Positions 26,366 through 41,409 are shown, counted from the first letter of the stretch. The stretch: DNA of 64,000 nt from Octopus vulgaris (GCA_951406725.2 OX597818.1:1178001-1242000), one strand, 5' to 3'. Program-made: numbers and translations. The notes: generated from the letters alone by a model not told the origin.

Positions 26366-27821
26366 GGTAGTCATATATTTATCACGTGCTACGAGTGTAG
26401 CTATGTGTGCCTTGGTTTGTTGTTGTGCTCTTATTTTCACAGTATTGAAAGTGTTTTATATAGGATGTATGCGGTGCCTAGTAGTGCTATTTTCTGTATG
26501 TTATATATACTTGTAAGTCCCGGTATTTTTGCTATGTATTTGTCTGAATGTTTATTTATCATACCTAATGCGCCTATTATAGTAGGAAGTGTTTCTGCCT
26601 TTAGGCTCGACATTCGAGTTGTCTCTATTTCCAGATCTTTGTATTTTAAAATTTTCTCCTGTTTCGTTTAGTAAACGTTGTCATCTGTTGGTATTGATAC
26701 ATCTGTTAGAAAGCATTTTTTCTTGGTGATCTCTGACAACTATAACCAGTCTATTGGCCTTAATTTCTCTATCTGTGTGTATTGGCATATCCCAGAGTAT
26801 GGTCACATTTTCTGTGACCTTCTTTAGAGTGTACCTAGACCATCTTTTTCTATTGTTGTTTCGTAGTGTTGGCATAACTCCCAGTGTATATAGCTCCCAA
26901 CTCTGTCATGTCTGTGAATATATTCCTTCTTAGCCAGGACTGGGCAGCCAGAGACAATGTGATTTACTATTGCTTCTCCATCACTACATATTCTGCAGTT
27001 ACTTTTCATTACAAGCTTTTGGTAATTTCTATTGCGAAGGCTTTGATCTTGTACTGCAATTTAAAATCCTTCAGTCTCTGCTTTGAGTCCTGAGCTTCTC
27101 AGCCATTGTTGAGATTTTACTTTGTCTATTTCTTTTCTGTTTAGCTTAACCCAACATTTGCCATGCAGGGGATTTTCTTGGATACATTGCTGTTCTAATT
27201 TTAGTTTGGATTTCAGCTATTTTACAGCTTTTATTGTTTTTTTTAAATTTTTCTTCATAGTTGTTATGTACTATGACTTCTTCTTTATATTTGTTAGCTT
27301 CCTTCAAGACAGAAAACAGTTTTTTGTTTTGTTCGTGTTTTGTGGCTATTTGTATTAATTTTACTTTCTTCTGAAGTAGGCATTTCTGTAGTCCTATGAT
27401 GGTTATTTTATAATAGGTTTCTAGCTGTATAATGCCTCTACCACCTTCGATACGTTGTATATATAGCCTCTCTATGTCAGATTTTGGGTGGTGCATCCTA
27501 AATGCTGTCCTTATTTTTCTTGTTTTCTTGTTTTGATTTGTTCATTTAGAGTCTATTTAAGAATTTTGTAGCTGCAACTTATAACTGAGACGGCTAGAGT
27601 GGTGATATATATTATCTTGTTTTACGCATTGAGCTCCGTTTTCAGTATTAATTTAATTCGCCTATATATTTCCTTTCTTATCTTTTCTTTTTATTTGTGT
27701 GTGTTGTATCGTATCTATCTGGTTCATTGATTCCTAAGTGTTTGTATGTCTAATTTTCTTACTTCATTTGCTTTATCTAGTGTGATGTCGTTACTCTTAA
27801 CTAGTTGCCCTCTTTTCAAGG
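26364..27821 (-). mobile_element. 5'-truncated R4/Dong-like retrotransposon (copy 4), related to copy 3
   Basis: HHPKSDIERLYIQRIEGGRG, CRICS..NHIVSGCPVLAKKEYIHRHD and ILWDMPIHTDREIKANR. The 3' end abuts (TTA)n. Confidence 0.9.
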
Positions 27822-27919
27822 TTTCTTCTTCTTCTTCTTCTTCTTCTTCTTCTTCTTCTTCTTCTTCTTCTTCTTCTTCTTCTTCTTCTTCTTCTTCTTC
27901 TTCTTCTTCTTCTTCTTCT

Positions 27920-28135
27920 AAAAGCAGCGAGCTGGCAGAATCGTTAGCATGCCGGACAAAATGTTTAGTGGCATTTCGTCTGTCCTTACGTTCTGCGTTC
28001 ATAATCCGCCGAGGTCAATTTTGCGTTTCATCCCTTCGGAGTCGATAAATTAAGTACCAGTTGAGTACTAGGGGTCAATGTGATTGATTGTACCCCTCCC
28101 CACAAAAACTAGGCCTTGTGCCTATAGTAGAAAGG
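27920..28135 (+). mobile_element. SINE (family B) between (TTC)n and (ATT)n; a second degenerate copy at ~28195-28355
   Basis: GCAGCGAGCTGGCAGAATCGTTAGC...GTTCATAATCCGCCGAGGTC...GTCGATAAATTAAGTACCAG is homologous to 2573-2795. Confidence 0.8.
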
Positions 28136-28193
<58 letters not shown>

Positions 28194-28449
28194 GATGAGA
28201 TTGCAAAATAGTTAGCATACCGGACAAAATACTTGGCGGTATTTCGTTCACCTTTATGTACAAAATTCAAAATAAGTACCTGTTGAGCACTGGCACTTAA
28301 TCGACTTCCCCATCTCCTCAGAATTGCAGGCCTTCTGCCAAAATTTGAAATCATTATTATTATCAATAACAATTGCCCAGCACTCCATGTAGTGGATGTT
28401 GACAGCAAATGAACAGTTTAACTAGCGGAATGCGTCTGCCTACAGAAAG

Positions 28450-29450
28450 TAGAAGAGAGAGAGATAGAAAGAGGGAGAGAGAGAGCAACAGCTCCATTCT
28501 AGTCAACTATGAAACAAAGCAAGGTATGACGGGCAGGTGTTAATAGTTGGTTGATGCGATGTAGGAATTCACCACTCCCACCTGCCTCTTCGGGGATACT
28601 TTTCCATTCAGTCCATTTCTGGATGCCAGTAGCCACCCTGTTCATCATTTCTTTCTTGCTCTAGTCCACTTGAAAGTCTGGACTAAACAAACCCCGAACA
28701 ATTTAACTGATACGTTCGTCCAGCACTGTTGAATACTATGGACCTGCCACTCCAGGTACCGGACGGCAGGCCCAGCAAATTCTGGTTAATTTTTGCTCTT
28801 GTTGCCGCCTCGTATTCCCTTATAGAAGTGTCAATCACCTCAATATGTTTCGTGTTCGACACCATTATGGCGATGTTGTCCGCATATGCAAACACAAATC
28901 TTCCACATCCTAATTCTAGCGGAATGCCACTCCAAACAGCCAACTTCTGCAGTAGTAGTCAGTACTTACAAAAGAGGAGACAGGATGTACTTCTGAACGA
29001 TTCTGACAGGTGACCATCGAGCAAACGTCGATGTACATTGCAGAGATCAGGCCTTTGAAGACGGGACCGAAACCAGCTGCTCTCTGGATAGCTGCCAAGT
29101 ACCGATGGTCGACCCTATCGAAAGGTTTCGATTGATCCAAATTGATCAAGTCCCCACCCATGTCAGATTTTTTACCCAACCTTTCTATGATGCATCGCAT
29201 GAATTGGAGGTTGTCATGGATAGATCTGTCAGGTATTGCACATGTCTGCGCCTCACTTACTAAAACTTTCCACCACAAGGGCCAACATTTTTGCTAACAC
29301 CTTGGCCAAAATCTTCAACTCTGCATTTAGCAGAGTTATGGGTCTGAAATTATTAAAATTACCCCACCCATGACTAGGTCCCTTTTCAGCTGCATCACCA
29401 TCCATTTTTCGCAGGACTGGGAATTCTCTTGTTCTGCTGTGAAGTGAAGT
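28450..29450 (-). mobile_element. L1/Tx1-like LINE RT fragment
   Basis: NFRPITLLNAELKILAKVLA, NLDQSKPFDRVDHRYL, AYADNI and AKINQ. Confidence 0.85.
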
Positions 29451-31250
29451 AGGCAACAATGAAGTGACCACCGAGGAGAAGGAGCAGCGAAGAAAAAAAG
29501 AGAATATACAATATATTTTTTAAAAGCTGACAGTGCGTTGAAAATTTCTTGTTTCCTCTTCACTTAATCCATTATTGATCATTAACAACGCCATATTTCC
29601 AACGAGAAGAAAACAAACAAACAGATGAAGGCAAATATATATTACAACAAATGTGCTCTTCAGAGCATAATTTAGCGGTCCCCTCTATTCATCCAGTGAA
29701 ACAGGGACCGTTATTTAATGTTCTAACAAATATTGACGAGAGTAAACACATTATTTCCAACAAAATCCGACAAAACCCCGGGAGCTGACGCGATGCACAT
29801 AGTAACCAAACGATAATAACGACTGTAAATATTTCATCAAATATTATTTCTCAGAAATATTTTCGCAATGGAAATTCTAGATGTTTCCATACTAAGATAA
29901 ACATTCTAAGTTCAACATTTTTAACATCTCCACCGGAAACTATTTGCTAAACACGTCGTCCAATAATACCATCCAGAAATCACCTCGAGTATTGAGAAAG
30001 AAAATTAGACTAGAAACTGAAGGATTCAGTAAAATATAGACAGGTTTGTGGCCATTTGTTTAATAATTTTGCATAATAAATATCATGAAAGTCATTAACA
30101 AATTAGAAATTTGTGGTACAGGAAGTTCATTAAAAAGATTTTGTTGATTCAGCAAAACTCTATTAGTAATTTTATTTAATGCCAAATTAATGGCACACTT
30201 CGTAGCTAATAATTTCTCCTCTATATTAAAGCCTTGGATTATTTCTTTTTTGCTATATAAGTATATACGCTGTTGTTAAATATTTATAACTTTGGAAAAA
30301 TTGTACCCTTTTTAGGATACATACATACGTATACGTATACGGACACATACATACATACATACATACATACATACATACATACATACATACATACATACAT
30401 ACATGCATGCATACATACATACATACATACATACATACATACATACATACATACATACATACATACATACATACATACGTGCATACGTATATACATGTAT
30501 ATGTGTGTATGTGTGTGTGTGTATGTGTGTTTTATTTCGAAAAATTTTATATTTGTGTTTAAGAAATTTTATGGTAAATGATTGAAATAAACACTGTAAA
30601 GGATGAAATGTTGTTGCCATGGCGATAATATTCAATCAGAATTTGTAGACGTTGCTAAAGGTTCTAAAGCATTGAGTAAAGAATTTGTAAAACAAAAGCA
30701 GTGACAACTTAATAATGTGTCCATCAAAATGACAGTCTGATGATTTAAGTGGCGCATTTATGACATCAAGGACAAATTGTCTATAACAACACAAAATAGC
30801 CGTTATTTTCCAGGTCTTATTTCAGCATTCTCAACGTATAGATTATTTTATAAATTATTTACTGACAGAGAGAAAAAGTCCAATGCACAGATATTAACTC
30901 ATGCAAAAATTAAAGGAGAAATATGGAAACTAGCAATCTAACTAAGGTGGTGCGACTGAAGGAAATCTTCCTCAGTTATTCTCCATTGGAAGAGTTCCTG
31001 TTATAATTTTTAGTATTTCTTTTTTTAGATGAAAATATTCTTAAAGTCAAGGAAAATTTAAACATGGCATAGAGGCTAAGAGCAGAAAAGACTTTGTTGT
31101 TCAAGAGGCAAAAGAGACCGATAGAATAAGTACCAGAATTTTAAAGAAATAGGCACTGGCGTCGATTCATTCGGCTAAAAATTATTCAAGGCGGTGCCAC
31201 TGCATGGCCGCACTCGAATGACTGAAACAAGTAAAAGTTAAAACGCAAAA

Positions 31251-31298
<48 letters not shown>

Positions 31299-31323
31299 TC
31301 ACACACACACACACACATACACA

Positions 31324-31355
<32 letters not shown>

Positions 31356-31375
31356 GATAGATATATGTGTGTGTG

Positions 31376-31520
31376 GAGGCACATGGTCTATTGGTTAGAG
31401 CAGCGGACTCGCGGTCGAGGGATCGCGGTTTCGAATCTCAGACGGGGCTCCGGTAAAAGGTAATGGCGAACTTCTACTGACTCTTTCGCCACAACTTTCT
31501 CTCACTCTTTCCACATGTGT
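31376..31520 (+). mobile_element. tRNA-derived SINE head (family C), truncated
   Basis: GAGGCACATGGTCTATTGGTTAGAGC (A box)...GGTTTCGAATCTC (B box). Confidence 0.6.
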
Positions 31521-31904
31521 GTATGTGCTTCTGTGTTTGTGTTTGACCCCCATATATATGAGGTTAAGCAACCATCTAAAGGATAATAAATTTCCAACAT
31601 AGTACTGGATGTATATCTATGTATTTATATCCAAATGCTTACTGTTGCAAGGCAATAGCGCAATTGAAATAATAGGTATGAGAGGGGCTAAACAGAAATT
31701 TACCAAGAATTTATAAGGCAAAGAAGAAAATGAAGAATATAATTAATTAACAAACATCCATTGGATCTATTTATTAATTACAATCATATGTATAAATAAG
31801 TAAATAAAAAAGTAAATAAATGAATAGGAATAAATGAGTGAATAATACCATACTCTTACAGCTGTTTCTACTTTGGGGGTCCATCCTGCCAAGGTTGACA
31901 CATC

Positions 31905-32127
31905 ATACTCTTTTACTCTTTTACTTGTTTCAGTCATGTGACTGTGGCCATGCTGGAGCACCACCTTTAACCGAGCAAATCGACCCCAGGACTCATTTGT
32001 AAGCCTAGTACTTTTTCTATCGGTCTCTTTTGCCGAACCGCTAAATTACAGGGACGTAAACATACCAGCATCGGTTTTCAAGCGATGTTGGGGGGACAAA
32101 CACAGACACACAAACATATACACACTT

Positions 32128-32200
<73 letters not shown>

Positions 32201-32370
32201 TATATATGACGGGTTTCTTTCAGTTTCCGTCTACCAAATTCACTCACAAGGTTTTGGTCGGCCCGAGGCTATAGTAGAAGACACTTGCTCAAGGTGCTAC
32301 GTAGTGGGAATGAACCTGGAACGATGTGATTGGTAAGCAAGCTACTTACCACACAGCCACTCCTACGCCT
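31905..32370 (-). mobile_element. tRNA-derived SINE (family A) with internal (TA)n
   Basis: Highly similar to 9580-9985 along its length. Confidence 0.9.
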
Positions 32371-33069
32371 AGAAATTGTACAAAGGTTGAACAGAGGTTG
32401 GGTAATAATTGAATCCCAAGCTTCGTCAGATTCCATAATGGTAAAAATCAAACATGTGAGGAAGTAAAATAAAATAATAAAATAATAAAAATAACTAGAA
32501 AAGCAATCGGAGAGAGCAGACCTCCGCCAAACCAGCAGGAGCAGCACTACGACGACGACGACCACCATCACCACTATCACCATATTACAATCACCACCAT
32601 TGTCATTGCTTTCACTTCAACCACATACTTCGCCATCAACGTTATCATGTTTTCAAGAGAGATAATCAAAGAGCGTAACATTGTAATACTTCATGTAAAG
32701 TAAATATAACAAATGAAAAATCCTTCAAGAATCGATAACCGGATAACTACCAAAATTTCATCATCTGTTCCTTGTGTAATTACCAACTGTTTCTGCAAGT
32801 TTCATCAAATACCGTTCACAACCTTTTGAGTTATTTTGCATACACACGGACAGGCGGACAAACCAACGCCGATGAAAACATTATCTCCTTCTTTGGTGGA
32901 GATAAAAATAGTGAGGAATGGTTAAGAAGTCAATTCCAGGGTAATATCCATAGGTTATGAGTTTCAGTTTACTGGGGGATATAGCAAGGGTCATATGATT
33001 GTAATTAATAAATAGATCGAATGGATGTCTGCAGGCTGATGTTTGTTAATTATTATCTTCTTTGCCTTC

Positions 33070-33135
<66 letters not shown>

Positions 33136-33878
33136 TGGATTAACTATATATATATATATATATATATATAGACGAATAAATAAATAAATGGAATTGAACG
33201 AAGATGTTAATAAAATTCTTTTACTTTCGACATATGTTTCGAAGACAACATGGTTTTATTCCAAAGGAATAATAAGTAGAGAATAAATAGAGAGGGAGGA
33301 ATACGTTGATTAGAAAAATGTTCAAAGGTTCAGAAATAGATTTCTCTATTGAAGTGAAGTGCAAGTTAAACTAACTGTTCAAACTATAAGGACTGGCGAA
33401 ATCACTTATATGAGTAACATGTATGTTTCTGCCAGCGTTTACATTTGTACGATCGCTCTATAAGTGTGTTTACAAGGGGATTCTTAGAGAAGAGAATATG
33501 GAAGAGTTCTGAGTTGCAAATGTTACAAAATCTCTTGCCCTTATCGAAAGGAAAGGATACGGACAGGATGAACCAATCTAACTTAAAATCTCTATTGTTG
33601 TCTTTAAGATGCCAAACCAATTTACTTAACCCTGTACTATGGCGTTTTTTGCTATCCCTAAATGATGAATAATGATTTGAAATTCTCTTGGATAACTGGG
33701 AAGTGGACGCGCCTATGTAGAAGAAGACATCGGTACCGGAAGAAATTTTGCACTGGTATATAGAATTCTTGATCTTAAATTATTAGACAAAATCTTAAAT
33801 TAAATGATCTTAAATTATTAGACAAAAATTTAATTCTGTTGGGGTTGTCCTCAGAGATCGAAACCAAGTTTTTATTGC

Positions 33879-34973
<1,095 letters not shown>

Positions 34974-35365
34974 GTATGTAAGTTCCAACCTTATGTCTGT
35001 GAATATATTCCTTCTTAGCCAGGACTGGGCAGCTAGAATATTGATTATTGTTTCTTGTCCATCTCCATATTCTGCAGTTACTTGTAATATTTCTTTTCAT
35101 TACATGTTTTTGGTAATTTCTGGTGGGGAGGCTTTGGTCTTTGTGCAATTAAAAATCCCTCTGTTTCTGCTTTGAGTCCTGAGCTTCAACCATTGCTGGG
35201 ATTTTCTTTGTCTATTTCTTTTGCGTTTAGTTTAGTCAGTATTTACCATGAAGGGGCTTTTCTTGCCATCGTTTTATCATGGTTCTTTGCTGTTCTATTT
35301 TTAGTTTGGATTTCATTTTTATAGCTTTTGTTGTTTCTTCATCTTCTTCTTCTTCTTCTTCTTCT
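34974..35365 (-). mobile_element. Internal fragment of the copy-3 R4/Dong-like family (CCHC region)
   Basis: Near-identical to 22712-23090 (DQSLPTRNYQKHVMKRNITSNCRI...PVLAKKEYIHRH) with several small deletions. It lacks the 3' end. Confidence 0.9.
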
Positions 35366-35399
35366 TATTATTATTATTATTATTATTATTCTTCTTCTT

Positions 35400-35478
<79 letters not shown>

Positions 35479-36197
35479 GAGGTGCTGGAATTAACAAGAT
35501 TTCGATGCTGATGATGATGATGAATGTTGGAACTCCCAGATAAAGAACCTTTATTTAGCAGATTGTTTTTGTGAGAAGATATAATTTGTGAGAGATTCTT
35601 ACGTTGTCATTGGAGAAAGCGATACATCTAACTTTGTGGGAGTTGATAATCGAATAATATCTAGAATTTTTTTGGAAAGTTCCTAGCAACCGCTTCACAG
35701 AACTGCAAAGGAAGGTTCGATTTAATTTGTTTTCGAAATGGAATTACGAACCAGATACTTTTCCTAGTGACTTTTAAATTGTACGTGGTATTATCTATAA
35801 AGGTTGGGGAAAAATTTCTTGGGTGGAAATTTGCGGTTAAATAACGCTTACCCAATAATCCGTAAAGAATTTATATTATGTATTGCGCTGCTTACACTAT
35901 TAGAATTAAAATCACTCTTACTATTACAACTAGATATTTTGTCTTGGGAAGCAGATACTGGACTAGATTGAGCAGAATTAATGTATGACACTTTCTCTTT
36001 ATAGCCAGCTTTTATCAAGGCGGCGTTATAGAAGTCTGCCTTTTCGTTAAAAATGTCAACAGATAATTTAGACAATCTAAGTGAAATGTTTTTAACTAAA
36101 TTATTAGTAATTGCCCTAGCGAATTTGCTACCCTGGTAACGGTTCATTGAATTTTCCATGTTAACGGTAAACATAGGATAATTCATTCACCCGTTGA

Positions 36198-36229
<32 letters not shown>

Positions 36230-36316
36230 TATATATATATATTCGCATTTTATGTTGTTTACGGTTTGTAAGACATCCTGTACCCATATATGTTTCATGA
36301 TTTCTCTGAATGAAAC

Positions 36317-36850
<534 letters not shown>

Positions 36851-36876
36851 TGTATGCATGTATGTATGTATGTATG

Positions 36877-36927
<51 letters not shown>

Positions 36928-36936
36928 GTGTATATG

Positions 36937-36988
<52 letters not shown>

Positions 36989-36994
36989 TATATA

Positions 36995-37650
36995 TTTTAT
37001 TTATATCATTATTTCATTGAACGCGACGCGTCCATTTCCAAGTAAGATTATCTTAATATTTTTGATGTGACTCTACTCTATACTGTTCTCTTTCCCTATC
37101 GTGTTCTCTCTTATCCTTACTCTAATTCATTTTCTCCCATTTACCGTTTTCTATCGGTCTCTTTCTCTTTCCCTATTTCTCCTTTACTCTCTCTCGTTGC
37201 TCACACGTGACCATCGTTCATCTTTCTCTTCCTCACGTGATCAACCTCTCTTTTCCTGCACGTATCCTATCTATCTCCCTCTTCTATCTTTTCTCTTGTT
37301 AAAGAGAATATTTCTCTAGCGTTCGCTGTTTTATCTTCGTCTGGTCTAACGACCCTCCATGTTCGTTTTCGTTTGGTTTCCTTGTATGTCTCCACTGCCC
37401 TGTTTTTATTACCAACTTTGACCCTCCATAAATCCCAAATTTTATTTTGGCTTTTGTGGGAGCAACTGCCTTCGAAGACTCATATTGTCGTTTAATGCTC
37501 GAACTGAGGAGTAGATGGACACCCGACAACTGATGAAGTATCGTTCATTATATTACTTGTCTTGTTTTCCCTTTGCTCCTATCGTTGTGTTCAACTCATT
37601 TATTTTCGTATTTCATATTGTTTACAGTTTGTGAGTTTGTGACGTCCACA
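36995..37650 (+). mobile_element. Non-coding ~650-bp repeat element (CT-rich 5' part, CTGATGA-containing 3' part), probably PLE 3' UTR or non-autonomous
   Basis: The 3' part matches the 36421-36850 arms. The first ~55 bp recur at 37715-37768. Confidence 0.6.
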
Positions 37651-37712
<62 letters not shown>

Positions 37713-37767
37713 CATACTATTTATATTATTACTTCATTGAACGCCACGCATCCATTTCCAAGTAAGT

Positions 37768-37883
<116 letters not shown>

Positions 37884-37951
37884 CACACACACACATATAT
37901 ATATGTACATATATCTGTAAATGTAATATGTGACAATTATTCGGTAGCCAT

Positions 37952-37994
37952 GATAAAACTCTGAGTTTCGGATGCCGAGATCCCTTCAGTTATC
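37952..37994 (-). ncRNA. Type I hammerhead-like motif with a variant or damaged core
   Basis: Minus strand GAUAA-CUGAAG-GGAU(CUCGGC)AUCC-GAAA-CUC(A)GAG-UU-UUAUC. Stems I-III pair, but A9 is missing or substituted. Confidence 0.6.
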
Positions 37995-38162
37995 CGGGCA
38001 TCGGAAAAATACTATGAAAAATTACCGTTATACAAAGGGAAATTACTGTGTGATTGACCGTCATTAAAATAAAAGAGCTATTTGAATGACCACTAAGTGA
38101 GGGGAGGGAGTAAAAGTAAGGGGGTAAAAAGTTCATAGTATTCGCGTGAGCGCGCATGTTCT

Positions 38163-38193
<31 letters not shown>

Positions 38194-38256
38194 TGGTAAA
38201 AACGCTAAGATAACAAAAGAAGGAAAGATACCTCGATATTATGTAAATAGAAGAAA

Positions 38257-38359
38257 ATTATCTGTAAAATAATATGTGACAATTATTCAATAGCCAAGAT
38301 AAAACTCTGAGTTTTATCTTGGGTGTTGAATAATTGTCACATATTATTTTACAGATAAT
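38257..38359. repeat. Fold-back palindrome, 51-bp arms, 1-nt loop at 38308
   Basis: ...CCAAGATAAAACTC T GAGTTTTATCTTGG...; two mismatches. The left arm is homologous to 37913-37967. Confidence 0.92.
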
Positions 38360-38705
38360 ATATATATATATGCTCCATTTTTAGTATTTATATACACATA
38401 GAGCGGCGTATGTACACACTTGTGCTCACCTTATAATAGGTATTATCAAAATTTTATACGACCCTTACTCTATCTTTTAATCCCCCTCATACTTTCTACC
38501 TCTTTTCTTTTTCTTGCTCCCCTCTCTCTCTCACATTTTTCTGTCCTCTCTTTCTTTAACTTCCATTTTCCCCTTCGTATATCTCTCCTGTACCTTTCTC
38601 TTTGTCTCTGATATTTTTTCTAATACTTCAACCCCACTGCACCCTACCTTCTCTCCTTCCACGTGACCGGTGTCCGGCCAGGCATGATCTTTCTTTCTTG
38701 GCCTG

Positions 38706-38760
38706 ACTGCTATGGGAAGTGGTTCAGGGGCATTTGTTATTGAACGCCCCTCGTACATAC

Positions 38761-38810
<50 letters not shown>

Positions 38811-38812
38811 CA
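38706..38812 (+). mobile_element. Solo mariner terminus (~47 bp) plus flanking microsatellite, inverted copy of 4736-4844
   Basis: ACTGCTATGGGAAGTGGTTCAGGGGCATTTGTTATTGAACGCCCCTCG TA (CATA)5 (TA)n ACA. Confidence 0.9.
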
Positions 38813-39491
38813 TTCGAAAGACACCTGTTATTTTCTTGCTTGTATTTGTAATTGTGTACCACATTTACCATTTTTTGTATTTGTTGCCATACACATATGC
38901 TAGCATTATTACAAAAAAGTCTAATGCTCTTAGCTTAGACTTGGGGGTGGGGGCAACCACATCGAACTGTCTCAGTAAGGACTCCTGGTAACTTGACTGA
39001 AGAAAGAAGGCGACGAATGACCCGTCTTTTTTTGCCTGTCCTTCTAATTGTTGTTTCTTATGTCCGCCTTTGTTTCGTCTATCTGTCCGCTTGTTTTATT
39101 GTCCTCTATTGCGATTTTGTTCCATTATATATGTATATATATATATATATTTTGTCGGTGGCCCTCCCATTTGATAGGGGCAGAAGGAAGTGCAACCTTT
39201 GTGTCTCTGAGCTTTTCCATATATTGTTCGCCAGAGACCGGATGGTAAACGGACTTTTGCAGTCGGCTTTTCGATTCCCCCATTGGCGGCGTTTTACTTA
39301 TCTTGCTTATAAATGACGCTTACAAATGATACCTGCACCCGGTTACCCTACTTATATGAAAATAGCCCTTGGAAATAATTTTTTGAAAAAGCTTTTTAAG
39401 AGAGATATGATTAACCCTTGCAAGGGGAATTACTCCCATTAGGCGAATGGTGTTTTGTTTTGACGACGTGAGGTTTTTTTTGACAAAGCAT

Positions 39492-39691
39492 GATTAGACG
39501 AACACACGAACACATAAAATATTTTCTGCCGCCTGACAGATTTTTCAGCAGTGACCATTGTGTAGCGCTTTTTACCAACTTACGGCCGCGCGATTATACG
39601 AACACACGAACACATAAAATATTCTCTGCCGCCTGACGGATTTTTCAGCAGTGACCATTGTGTAGCGCTTTTTACCAACTTACGGCCGCGC
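39492..39691. repeat. 100-bp tandem duplication in the PLE 3' UTR
   Basis: Two near-identical units GATTAKACGAACACACGAACAC...CTTACGGCCGCGC. Confidence 0.9.
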
Positions 39692-39994
39692 ACATATAGA
39701 ACAGTTCGCACACACATGCTTCTAAGTAGATTTTCCCTCGCCCCATATAATACACCTAATATTCTTAAAATAGTCAGAACCTTAGTCTCGGTCACAAAGA
39801 ACATCTACGCACCCCATGCTCTCACCCACCGGATTGACCGCTGCCTGACCTGTAAATATCTTCAACGCGCCCACCACCCGATTTCAACATACATTGATAA
39901 ACAGTTTGGCCATGGGCTCTTAGGAGCCTCCTCGTTCGATTTGTTTTGCTGCGCCTCTGTTCTGTTTTTGTTCTGCCAACGGAATTCCTATTTC

Positions 39995-40074
39995 TTCCTG
40001 AAGAGAAAGACACAATATGATCTCCTTATTCAATCGGAATTTGGTAAATTGTGGCTTTCGAAACACGTGTAGAA
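39995..40074 (+). ncRNA. Type I hammerhead ribozyme, long stem II, palindromic stem III
   Basis: UUC-CUGAAGA-GAAAG.CACAAU...AUUGUG.CUUUC-GAAA-CACGUG-UA^GAA. Canonical core, sense to the upstream GIY-YIG fragment. Predicted cleavage after 40071. Confidence 0.8.
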
Positions 40075-40289
40075 TGCAATAAAAGGATTTCTGTTCAATC
40101 TTCGTTCAACTCCATTTCTTCAATTCACTAATAATATTAAAATTCAATTATCCGCACCAACGCACGGTTGCAACACCATATGGTTGTACCTCCAACCGTG
40201 CTTTCTTCTGCTGTGATTTTTGCTACCAAGGTATCGGTTAAACTTTTGATTAATCTGCAACAAGATTATTCATCTTTCTATTTCACCAA

Positions 40290-40375
<86 letters not shown>

Positions 40376-40393
40376 GTATGTAAGTATATACAC

Positions 40394-40444
<51 letters not shown>

Positions 40445-41409
40445 ACACACACATATGTATATACTTAGACATAAGGAAGGAAGAGAAAAGTGTGCATACG
40501 ATGTTGAAAGTAGAGGGATATAATTTATTGGAAACTGCCAAGTGGCAAATCTTAGCTCTTAGCTTTTGTTGCCGATGTGGAGATATGATTGTTGGCATGC
40601 TAGTGTTTGTGGTATATTATACGTATATGAATAAAGTTAAACGGCTTCAACATAAAACGAAAATAAAATGTCTTAATTATGAAACAAATTCCGAATCTTC
40701 ATTTATTCGGCAAATATTTAATAACAAAGCATTTTTACTCAGTATTTTTTTTGTTGTTTTAAGTAAATCGAATATTTTAGCTGTAACATGAAATAACAGG
40801 CGCATCAGTAAATTCAGATAATTATGGACATACATTGTTAGTATGTAAAGGAGATCAGAGATCAATAAATTAAACGCTTGAGGCGATTCACATTTCTGTC
40901 ATTTACCTACTTAACAAGTTCCTTGCGTCTGAACACTGTCTCCTGTTAGACACACAGACATGTTTATGAACTAATTATTCCTACATGGAGTCTCGTAGCT
41001 GCAAGTTAAATAAACCAGAAAACATTTGCATAATTATATCTGAGATTTTATCCGTCGTTTTGACTTGAACATTGCCCTCTACTGCTGATTTAATCTACTT
41101 CTCACCGCTAAAGGAATGTTATGATATGACACACAGAAACAAAACAGTATATATATATGTGTGTGTGTGTGTGTATATATATATGCATGTATATATATGT
41201 GTGTGTGTGTGTGTGTATATATATATGCATGTATATATATATATATATGCATACATATATATATATATATATGTATGTATGCATGTATGTATGTATGTAT
41301 GTATGTATGTATGCATATATATATGCATGTATATATATAATAATAATATAAATAATATATATGCAATTGCGGGCACAGGACGTCACGAAACGTGTATAAC
41401 AAAAAGTAC

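Larger units (their letters stand above)
39150..40290 (+). mobile_element. 3' end of a Naiad-like Penelope element (GIY-YIG C-terminus plus 3' UTR)
   Basis: ILSVALPFDRGRRKCNLCVSELFHILFARDRMVN..FRFPHWRRFTYLAYK* (stop 39316). The terminal ~300 bp are homologous to the reverse complement of 46403-46720. Flanked by (TA)n. Confidence 0.9.

Noticed and set aside
31376-31450. tRNA genes (also 50849-50920 and 60073-60140)
   Set aside because: A/B boxes are present, but there is no clean cloverleaf and they continue into SINE body sequence.
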